Assembly (NCBI GenBank): GCA_033764015.1
Contig: JANRJK010000054.1
Location: forward strand, 1 to 18,841
DNA: 18,841 nt
Source: Candidatus Sumerlaeia bacterium
GTDB lineage: Bacteria; Sumerlaeota; Sumerlaeia; SLMS01; JANRJK01
Direction: 5' to 3'
Below are positions 1-7,200 of the stretch, piece after piece. Made by a program: the position numbers and the translations under genes. The notes under the pieces were generated by a model. It ran no database searches. It saw only the letters and a list, made by a program, of their open reading frames with translations, and was not told where the DNA came from. Numbering within the stretch: the first letter of the stretch is position 1; each line of letters starts with the position of its first letter.

Positions 1-1
1 G

Positions 2-166
2 CCGCCGGCCGGCGGGGGGCCCGGGCTGCGGGCGCTCCGGCACCTCGCGCGCGGGGAGCGGGACGCTGCCGCGGAGGCCGCCCGCGAAGCCCGCGGCGCC
101 GCGGCGCCGGGAGCGCTGGACCCCGACGCGCTGCTGGCCGAGCGCCTCCTCGCGGGCGGACGCTGA
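2..166 (+). CDS. 3' end of an upstream gene (partial, function unknown)
   Basis: Frame is open from base 2 to TGA at 164-166 (...RALRHLARGERDAAAEAAREARGAAAPGALDPDALLAERLLAGGR*), with GC-rich third positions, and is followed by a hairpin. Confidence 0.55.
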   Translation, partial: PPAGGGPGLRALRHLARGERDAAAEAAREARGAAAPGALDPDALLAERLLAGGR

Positions 167-184
167 TCCGCCCGGCGGCGGGTC
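165..184 (+). terminator. GC-rich hairpin right after the upstream ORF's stop
   Basis: GATCCGCC-cggc-GGCGGGTC, an 8-bp stem with one G:U pair; no U-tract. Confidence 0.3.
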
Positions 185-194
185 CCATCGCCCC

Positions 195-223
195 TTGACG
201 CGGGCGGCCCCAGCGCCCGCAAT
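195..223 (+). promoter_or_regulatory. Putative sigma70-type promoter of speA
   Basis: TTGACG (195-200), 17-nt spacer, CGCAAT (218-223; weak -10). AAGGA RBS at 269-273, 9 nt before ATG 283. Confidence 0.4.
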
Positions 224-282
224 CGCGCCGTCCGGCGCCAGCCCCTCCGGACCCCCGCCAGACCCCGCAAGGACACGCCCCC

Positions 283-2283
283 ATGGCCGTTATCGACCCC
301 GCACTCCGCGCCATCAACAAGTGGACGCTCCAGGACTCCGCGGACCTGTACCGCATCAACAACTGGGGGGCCGGGTTCTTCCGCATCAACGAGCAGGGCA
401 ACGTCGCCGTGCACCCCTTCCGCGACGAGCGCCGCATCGACCTGAAGGAGCTGGTGGACCAGATCCAGGCGCGCGGCATCCACGTGCCGATCCTGCTGCG
501 CTTCAACGACATCCTGCAGGCGCGCATCGAGGACATCCACAAGGCCTTCGCCGGCGCCATGGAGGAGTACCAGTACCAGGGCGGCTACTCCTGCATCTAC
601 CCGATCAAGGTGAACCAGCAGAGCCACGTGGTGGACGAGTACATCCGCCACGGATCGAAGTACGGCTTCGGCATCGAGTCGGGCTCGAAGCCCGAGCTGC
701 TCGCCGTGCTCGCGCTCACCGCCGACAGCCAGATGCCGATCGTCTGCAACGGGTTCAAGGACGACGAGTACATCGAGTCGGTCATCATCGCGCAGAAGAT
801 CGGCCGCAAGATCATCCCCGTGGTGGAGAAGTTCTCGGAGCTGGAGCTGATCGCGAAGCACGCGAAGCTCCACGACGTGCGCCCGCAGATCGGCGTGCGG
901 CTCAAGCTGGCGTCGCGCGGCTCGGGCCGCTGGGAGTCGAGCGCCGGCATGCAGTCCAAGTTCGGCCTCACGATCCCCGAGGTGCTGCGCGCGCTCGAAT
1001 TCCTCAAGGAGCGCGGCATGGGCGACTGCCTCTCGCTGCTCCACTTCCACATGGGGAGCCAGATCACCAACATCCGCTCCATCAAGGGCGCCCTCACGGA
1101 GGCGGCCCGCGTCTGGGCCGAGCTCTACAAGGCGGGCGCCGGCATGAAGTACCTCGATGTCGGCGGCGGCCTCGGCGTCGACTACGACGGCTCGCAGACC
1201 AACTTCGAATCCTCCATGAACTACAGCCTGCAGGAGTACGCGAACGACGTCGTGTACCGCATCAAGGAGGTCTGCGAGGCGTCCGGCGTGCCGCACCCGA
1301 CGATCTTCTCGGAGTCGGGGCGCGCGCTCATGGCGTTCCACAGCCTTCTCGTCTTCAACGTGCTCGGCTGCTCGAGCTTCGATTCGCTCCCGCTTCCCAA
1401 GGCGGTGACCGACGCGACGCCGCGCATGGTCCGCGACCTGGTCGAAATCCACAATTCGCTCACGCAGAAGAACTACCTAGAGCACTACCACGACGCCGCG
1501 CAGCTCCGCGACGACGCCGTCAGCTCCTTCAACTACGGCCAGATCTCCCTCGAGCACCGCGGCCAGGCGGAGAGCCTCTTCTGGGCGATCTGCCTGAAGG
1601 TGCTCGCCATCGCCGGCAAGCTGGAGCACATCCCGGAGGAGCTCGAAGGCCTCTCGGAACTCGTCCGCGACACCTACTTCTGCAACTTCTCCGTCTTCCA
1701 GTCGATGCCCGACAGCTGGGCAATCGGCCAGCTCTTCCCCGTGATCCCGATCCACCGCATGGGCGAGGAGCCCCGCCGCCGCGCGGTGCTCGCCGACATC
1801 ACCTGCGACTCCGACGGCAAGGTGGACCGGTTCATCGACCTGCACGACGTGAAGAGCACGCTCGAACTGCACGAGTTCACCGGCGAGCCGTACTACCTCG
1901 GCGCGTTCCTGATCGGCGCCTACCAGGAGATCCTCGGCGACCTGCACAACCTGTTCGGCGACACGAACGCGGTGCACGTCTGCCTGGACGAGGACGGCGA
2001 GGTGGTGATCGACCACGTGGTCGAAGGCGACACGGTGACCGAGGTGCTCAGCTACGTGCAGTACAATGTGCCGGGCCTGGTGGACAACATGCGCCGCGTG
2101 GTCGAAAAGGCGGTGCGCGAGAAGAAGATCACGGTCGAGGAGAGCGCGCAGTTCTCGCGCTTCTACACGAACGGCATGAAGGGCTACACGTACCTCGAGG
2201 AGTCGGAGCCGGAGACGCCCGCGCCGCACCGCCCGAACGGCAACGGGCACGGCGGAGGAAACGGAGCGGCGTCGGCGAACTGA
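283..2283 (+). CDS. speA: Biosynthetic arginine decarboxylase (PLP, fold III)
   Basis: 666 aa with YPIKVNQ (PLP lysine), ESGSKPEL, CNGFKD, HFHMGSQI, DVGGGLGVDYDG, FQSMPDSWAI, DITCDSDG and GAYQEILGDLHNLFG; RBS present. Confidence 0.97.
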   Translation: MAVIDPALRAINKWTLQDSADLYRINNWGAGFFRINEQGNVAVHPFRDERRIDLKELVDQIQARGIHVPILLRFNDILQARIEDIHKAFAGAMEEYQYQGGYSCIYPIKVNQQSHVVDEYIRHGSKYGFGIESGSKPELLAVLALTADSQMPIVCNGFKDDEYIESVIIAQKIGRKIIPVVEKFSELELIAKHAKLHDVRPQIGVRLKLASRGSGRWESSAGMQSKFGLTIPEVLRALEFLKERGMGDCLSLLHFHMGSQITNIRSIKGALTEAARVWAELYKAGAGMKYLDVGGGLGVDYDGSQTNFESSMNYSLQEYANDVVYRIKEVCEASGVPHPTIFSESGRALMAFHSLLVFNVLGCSSFDSLPLPKAVTDATPRMVRDLVEIHNSLTQKNYLEHYHDAAQLRDDAVSSFNYGQISLEHRGQAESLFWAICLKVLAIAGKLEHIPEELEGLSELVRDTYFCNFSVFQSMPDSWAIGQLFPVIPIHRMGEEPRRRAVLADITCDSDGKVDRFIDLHDVKSTLELHEFTGEPYYLGAFLIGAYQEILGDLHNLFGDTNAVHVCLDEDGEVVIDHVVEGDTVTEVLSYVQYNVPGLVDNMRRVVEKAVREKKITVEESAQFSRFYTNGMKGYTYLEESEPETPAPHRPNGNGHGGGNGAASAN

Positions 2284-2318
2284 GGTTCGGGGGGGCGCCG
2301 GATGGCGCCCCCCAACTT
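2283..2318. terminator. Hairpin between convergent genes, probable bidirectional terminator
   Basis: GGGGGGCGCC-ggat-GGCGCCCCCC (2290-2313), a perfect 10-bp stem extendable by AGGTT/AACTT, in the 40-nt gap between convergent stops; no long U-tract. Confidence 0.65.
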
Positions 2319-2323
2319 GCTGC

Positions 2324-3103
2324 CTACATCCCGTGCGCGAGGCGGTCGGCGAGTTCCCTCGGGAGGCCGGCTTGGAGGATGGCCTGCTGCGAGCCGGGGA
2401 GGTCGTACTCGGCGCGCCGCACTTCGAGGCGGCGGCGTTCGACGTCCCAGATCACGTAGCATGCGCGCCAGTTGTGGTCGCGGGGCTGGCCCACGCTGCC
2501 GACGTTCACCAGGTAGCGCTTGCCGTCCACGATGTCCGTTTCGAGGCGGGGCGGGCAGACGAGGTTGCCGTTGTCGTTCTCGATGATGAAGGGCTGGTGG
2601 CTGTGGCCGATGAAGCAGACCTGCTGGGTGAAGTAGTTGAAGTTGGTGCGCGCCTCGCCCATCGTCAGGATGTAGTTCCACTGGCCCGGGTCCTTGGGGG
2701 ACGCGTGGACGTAGAAGACGTTGTTGGCGGTGTCCGTGATGGTGAGCGGCATCTGGCGGAGGAACTCGGAGTTGTCCTCGGTCAGGACGTCGCGGGTCCA
2801 GAGGACGGCGGCCTTGGCGATGTCGTTGAAGTTGCTGATGTCGGTGAGCTGGAGCGCGGCGTGGTCGTGGTTGCCGGCGATGGTGGGCACCTTGAGGCGG
2901 CGCACCGCTTCGACGCACTCGTTGGGGCGCGCGCCGTAGCCGACGATGTCGCCGCAGCAGATCATGATGTCGACGGACTCCTTGGCGATGGCGTCGAGGA
3001 CCGCCTGGAGCGCGTGGAGGTTGCCGTGGATGTCCGAGAAGACGGCGATCTTGCGCGCCTTCTTCGTGAGGTCAGGGCCCTTGTGTGGGGGATTCCCAGT
3101 CAT
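2324..3103 (-). CDS. Calcineurin-like metallophosphoesterase (YfcE/MJ0912-like)
   Basis: Motifs SDIHGN, CGDIVGYG, AGNHD, VHAS, FIGHSHQP and NVGSVGQPRD. The start overlaps the FHA gene end by 32 nt, so the exact start is uncertain. Confidence 0.92.
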   Translation of the reverse strand: MTGNPPHKGPDLTKKARKIAVFSDIHGNLHALQAVLDAIAKESVDIMICCGDIVGYGARPNECVEAVRRLKVPTIAGNHDHAALQLTDISNFNDIAKAAVLWTRDVLTEDNSEFLRQMPLTITDTANNVFYVHASPKDPGQWNYILTMGEARTNFNYFTQQVCFIGHSHQPFIIENDNGNLVCPPRLETDIVDGKRYLVNVGSVGQPRDHNWRACYVIWDVERRRLEVRRAEYDLPGSQQAILQAGLPRELADRLAHGM

Positions 3104-4544
3104 AGTCCTTGCCGGTCAGCTTTTTGAGTTCGTAGGCGGCGTTCTTTCGAATCAGCCTGCTCTTGTTTCCGAGCGCCTTCGTCCACAGGGCGATCTGCTG
3201 CGCGCGCTCCTCGCTGGTGAGCTCCTGCCGGGGCAGGTGCTTTTCGAGGAGGGCGTGCTCGCCGCTTCCGAAGTTGGAGCCTTCGCGGATGGCGGGGGTG
3301 CCGTCGTCCGCTGTTGCCATTGCGGCGGCGGCGACGGGCGCCGGCGCCTTGGGCTGGGCGGCTGCCGCCGTCCGAGCCCGCTCGTCGGCGAAGAGTGCTT
3401 CTTCTTCGGCCTCGAGGTCGCGCGTGGCGAAGCCGCCACCGGTCTGGTCGTAGTTCGAGTCGGTCGGCGACTTCAGCCCCGCCTCCTCCTCCTTGGCCAG
3501 CTCGTCTTCCGTGTCGAAGCGGGGGCGGTGGTCCTCGATGCGTTCGCCCATCGAGGCCATGCCTTCCATTTCGAAATTCTCCCACTCGGCGCGCGCCAGC
3601 AGGTCCGCCTGGTCGTGGGGCACCGCGGAGTCGCCCTCGGATTCGAGGCTCGCCAGTTCGTCCTCGGTCATGGGGGCGAACTCGTCGTCGGTGCCGGCGG
3701 CCTCGGCGATGGGGATGCTGTCGCGGGTGGCGGCGGCGGAGCGCTCGACGCCCTTCTGGGCGACGCGGTTTTGGTCCAGCTCTACGGTGCGGAATTCGGC
3801 GGGGGGCAGGTCGCCGGAGCTGTCGTGGTCGCCGGTCATGCCGTCCGCGGGGATGGCGGCGGCGGCGGCGATCTCGAGTTCGAGCTCCGGCGGGATGTGG
3901 TCGCGGAAGCGCAGCACCGTGGTGCCGGCGGTCACGATCTCGTCGCCGTTCTTGATTTCGATCTCGGCGCGCACGGGCTGGTTGTTCACCGTGGTGCCGC
4001 GCCAGCTCTGCAGGTCGCGCAGGAAGAACTTCTTGCCGCGGCGCACGATCACCGCGTGGCGCTTCGAGACGAACCAATCGTGCAGGCGGATGTCGTTGTC
4101 GTTGGCGCGCCCGATGGAGGTTTCGGCCTTGCCGACCTTGAAGCGCTGCGCGGCCTGGCGGCCTTTGACGACCTCGATCATGCCGGGTGGCCCGAGGTTG
4201 TCGTCGTTGTCCGCGGGGGCGGCGGCCACCGGCGCGCCGCTTTCCGCGGCGGGCGAGGTGCGCTCCGAGAAATAGAGGAGGTGCTTGCCGATCTGGATGA
4301 CGTCGCCTTCGCAGACCTCGTGCTTCGTGATGCGCACGGAGTTGACGAGCGTGCCGTTGGCCGAGTTCAGGTCGGTGAGGATGAACTTTCCGTCGGAGCG
4401 GCGGATGCGGGCGTGGTTGCGCGAGACCGAGAGGTTCTCGACGACGATGTCGTTGTCGCGGGCGCGGCCGATGCTGACCACGTCCTTATCGAAGAAGTAG
4501 CGATGAACGACCTTGTCGCCGAGCTTGACGATAATTTCGGGCAT
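3072..4544 (-). CDS. Protein with two FHA domains, a long acidic region and a HEAT-like C-terminal helix pair
   Basis: FHA1: IGRARDNDI..SVSRNHA..DLNSANGTLVN. FHA2: IGRANDNDI..FVSKRHA..DLQSWRGTTVN. ATG 4544 (MPEIIVK) is preferred over GTG 4583 because the FHA fold starts there. Confidence 0.9.
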   Translation of the reverse strand: MPEIIVKLGDKVVHRYFFDKDVVSIGRARDNDIVVENLSVSRNHARIRRSDGKFILTDLNSANGTLVNSVRITKHEVCEGDVIQIGKHLLYFSERTSPAAESGAPVAAAPADNDDNLGPPGMIEVVKGRQAAQRFKVGKAETSIGRANDNDIRLHDWFVSKRHAVIVRRGKKFFLRDLQSWRGTTVNNQPVRAEIEIKNGDEIVTAGTTVLRFRDHIPPELELEIAAAAAIPADGMTGDHDSSGDLPPAEFRTVELDQNRVAQKGVERSAAATRDSIPIAEAAGTDDEFAPMTEDELASLESEGDSAVPHDQADLLARAEWENFEMEGMASMGERIEDHRPRFDTEDELAKEEEAGLKSPTDSNYDQTGGGFATRDLEAEEEALFADERARTAAAAQPKAPAPVAAAAMATADDGTPAIREGSNFGSGEHALLEKHLPRQELTSEERAQQIALWTKALGNKSRLIRKNAAYELKKLTGKDYDWESPTQGP

Positions 4545-4685
4545 CGCTGGTGAAAACCCCGGAGTCGCGTCGTGTTGCGCCACCCGGCCGGGCGGCGGAA
4601 ATGCAGTTGCGCCAAGGACTCACGGCCTCGGCGCGGGGCCTTCGACCGTGGCGGGAAGATCGCGGGAAAGTCCGCAACGGTAGAG

Positions 4686-4714
4686 ATAGGCCACAACGCG
4701 CCCGGGCCGGTCAA
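4686..4714 (-). promoter_or_regulatory. Putative promoter for the FHA operon
   Basis: Minus strand reads TTGACC (4714-4709), 17 nt, then GCCTAT; weak -10, located in the divergent intergenic region. Confidence 0.3.
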
Positions 4715-4849
4715 GGCGCCTTTGCTCGGAATTGCGGGGGAATTCCCCGCCGCCGGGGGGGCCGATCCCGCTTGCCATGGTCCGCGGGACGCTTCGCAAC
4801 TCCTTCCGGGCCAAGCCCGCCCCCCAGCCCCCGCCAAGTGATCGCCTCC

Positions 4850-6439
4850 ATGCCGCAGGAACCCGACCGCTACCGCCGCTGGGTGCTGGGCGTGATGGGG
4901 GCCTCGGTGCTGCTCCGGCTGCTGTACCTGGCGGCGTCGCCGCTCGGGCTCGCTTCCGACGAGGTCTACTACTGGGTCTGGTCGCAGCACCCCGCGCTGT
5001 CCTATTTCAGCAAGGGACCGCTGGTGGCGTACCTGATCGGCGCTTCGACCGCCGTGCTGGGCGATTCGGCGCTGGGCATCCGGGCTCCTTCGATCCTGTT
5101 TTCCACGCTCACGATGTGGTGGGTGTTCCAGATCGGGCGCGAGCTGTTCGGCAGCGCGCGGACCGGCTTCTGGGCGGCGGTCGTGTTCCTGTGCATCCCG
5201 GTCTTCAACGTCGGCGGCCTGATCATGACCATCGACAATCCGGTGTTCTGCGCGTGGGCGGCGATGATGCTCTTCACGCACCGCGCCTTGCAGGGGAATG
5301 GATTGGCGAATTGGGTGCTGGCCGGGATCGCGTTCGGTATCGGCATCATGGCCAAGGCGGTCATCGTCTTCGCGATTCCAAGCATCCTCCTGTGGCTGCT
5401 CCTGACCGGCCGGCGAGGAGTCCTCAGGACCGCGGGTCCCTACGTCTGCCTAGCCATCGGACTCCTCTTCTTCCTGCCGCAGCTTTACTGGAATTCGCAG
5501 AACGGATTCACGATGTTCGCCGACTTCGCGCGGAAGGCGGGGGCGGGGAAGTCCCTGTCGATCAACCTGGGCCATCCGCTGGAATTCCTCGCGATCCAGG
5601 CGGGCATCCTTTCCCCGCTCCTATTCCCGGTCGTCGTGCTCGGCATGTGGGAGTCGTGGAAGCGGCGCGGCGAGCGGCAAAGCGCGTGGCCGGTTGCGTT
5701 GGCGACATGGCTTCCCATGGTGGCGGTTTACCTTACCATGTCGCTGTGGAAGGACTTGAATGCGAACTGGACGATCCTGAGTTACCTCTTCCCGATTGTC
5801 GGCGGCACCCACGCGGTGCTATCCCGCATGGATTCCTCAGCCAAGCCGGCCGTCTGGCGCAGGGCCGCTTGGATTTGCTTGGGCGGAAGCTGGGTGATCG
5901 TCGCCGCGATCTTCAACACACAAGTTTTCTATCCGTCGATTGTGCGCTCACTGACCGGCACGATCCACCGTCTCGCCCCGCAGGACGAGGACGAGCCCAA
6001 GCAGGCTTGGGAATGGACTCGGCTGGATCCGTCGAACCGGTTGTTCGGCTGGGAGCAAGTGGCCGCACGCGTGCAAGACTTGCAAGCAGAGTCGAAGAGA
6101 CAGGGTGTGGAGACATTCATCGCTGCGCGCAAGTACCAGGTCGGGGCGCAGCTCCAGTTCCATTTGCGCGGGCACCCGGAATCCTACATCTTCACCAAGC
6201 GCGGTCCGGTTAACCAATACTACTTCATCAACGATTTTGACCGGGTCCTCGGTCGGGACGCGCTCATCGTCTTGGAAAAGCTCGGCGACGAGGAACGCGA
6301 AGGCATCCCGAACGCCTTCGATTCGGTCGAGTTCATCGAAACGGTGGACATCCTGCGGCGGGGGTTGAAGGTGGACGAAGTCCACATCTACCGCGGGCGC
6401 GGCTTCAAGGGCTGGACATTCAAGGAGGTGGGATCGTGA
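4850..6439 (+). CDS. GT-C membrane glycosyltransferase (GT39/ArnT-like, PMT_2 family)
   Basis: DEVYYWVWSQHPALSYFSKGPLVAYLI, IRAPS, IMTIDNP and GIMAK motifs; many TM segments and a soluble C-terminal domain. ATG 4850 lies just before TM1; the ORF-track extension to 4550 is low-complexity. Confidence 0.88.
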   Translation: MPQEPDRYRRWVLGVMGASVLLRLLYLAASPLGLASDEVYYWVWSQHPALSYFSKGPLVAYLIGASTAVLGDSALGIRAPSILFSTLTMWWVFQIGRELFGSARTGFWAAVVFLCIPVFNVGGLIMTIDNPVFCAWAAMMLFTHRALQGNGLANWVLAGIAFGIGIMAKAVIVFAIPSILLWLLLTGRRGVLRTAGPYVCLAIGLLFFLPQLYWNSQNGFTMFADFARKAGAGKSLSINLGHPLEFLAIQAGILSPLLFPVVVLGMWESWKRRGERQSAWPVALATWLPMVAVYLTMSLWKDLNANWTILSYLFPIVGGTHAVLSRMDSSAKPAVWRRAAWICLGGSWVIVAAIFNTQVFYPSIVRSLTGTIHRLAPQDEDEPKQAWEWTRLDPSNRLFGWEQVAARVQDLQAESKRQGVETFIAARKYQVGAQLQFHLRGHPESYIFTKRGPVNQYYFINDFDRVLGRDALIVLEKLGDEEREGIPNAFDSVEFIETVDILRRGLKVDEVHIYRGRGFKGWTFKEVGS

Positions 6440-7125
6440 GTGGTTCGACAACGGTCCGGCGCGGGGTCCCGCAGGGGCGCTTCGCCATTGGGCTTTTCAT
6501 TTTGCTGGTGCTGTCCGGCTTCGTGCTGATGTACTTCGACTCGCGGATCCAAGAGCCGTTCGAGGACATCCTGACGAAGTACGTGGACGACAACTTCATC
6601 GGTCTGCACTTCTTCCGCTACTTCGGAGGACCGCAAACGACGATCCTGGCGTGCTTGCTGATTTGGACCCTCGGCGCGAAGAACAAGCGCAAGCTGCTGC
6701 TCCCCTACGTTGTGTGCCTTGGGATCATCGGGGGATTCACGGACATCGCGAAGGACGTGATCGGGCGCGCGCGGCCGAACAAGTTCGACCGCCAGCTCGT
6801 GTTCTACCCGTTCCCGACGGCGTTCACGGACGACAAGGCGAGCACCTCGCTCCCCTCGGGCCACGCGACGGGGGCGTTCGCGAACGCGACCTTCCTGTCG
6901 GCGATGTACCCGCCGGCGGCGCCGATCTTCTACACGCTTGCCGTGGGGACCGCGCTGCACCGCGTCGAGGAGGGCCGCCACTTCAGCTCCGACGTGGTGT
7001 TCGGCGCGGTGTTCGGCATCTACCTGAGCCTCGCGCTCCAGCGGCTGCTGCGGCGGCGCTTCGGGATCGAGTTCCATCCGGAAAACCCTGATGCCGCCGC
7101 CTTGGGCGGAACCGCCTCTCCTTGA
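6436..7125 (+). CDS. PAP2-family membrane phosphatase (LpxE/undecaprenyl-PP phosphatase-like)
   Basis: C1 KDVIGRARP, C2 PSGH and C3 HRVEEGRHFSSDV motifs; GTGA overlap with the GT gene. Confidence 0.9.
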   Translation: MSGSTTVRRGVPQGRFAIGLFILLVLSGFVLMYFDSRIQEPFEDILTKYVDDNFIGLHFFRYFGGPQTTILACLLIWTLGAKNKRKLLLPYVVCLGIIGGFTDIAKDVIGRARPNKFDRQLVFYPFPTAFTDDKASTSLPSGHATGAFANATFLSAMYPPAAPIFYTLAVGTALHRVEEGRHFSSDVVFGAVFGIYLSLALQRLLRRRFGIEFHPENPDAAALGGTASP

Positions 7126-7150
7126 CATGGGGGCGCGCGGCGGGCACCCT
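7122..7150 (+). promoter_or_regulatory. Putative sigma70 promoter of the response regulator
   Basis: Perfect TTGACA (7122-7127, overlapping the PAP2 stop), 17 nt, then CACCCT (keeps A2 and T6 of TATAAT). Confidence 0.5.
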
Positions 7151-7200
7151 GCTGGTTGCTTGAACAGCCGCGACCCGAGACGGGAATCAACCGCCCGACC

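Noticed and set aside
250..270. Short tandem GACCCCCGCCA/GACCCCGCAA in the speA leader as a regulatory RNA
   Set aside because: Too short and C-rich to be distinguished from chance; no riboswitch-like structure seen.
195..2459. 754-aa ORF overlapping speA, and other long Arg/Pro/Ala-rich ORFs (e.g. 2946-4553, 6388-8427, 9508-11349, 15377-17035, 17051-18724)
   Set aside because: Off-frame or antisense shadows of real genes, expected at this GC content; no recognisable motifs.
4550..4849. 100-aa N-terminal extension of the glycosyltransferase
   Set aside because: It would fill the whole divergent promoter region and has no protein-like composition; ATG 4850 fits the family.
6237..6249. TTGAC-CGG-GTCCT as a fifth palindrome copy
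   Set aside because: Two mismatches, a GC-only spacer, and it lies in a lower-GC gene where TTGAC is less surprising.
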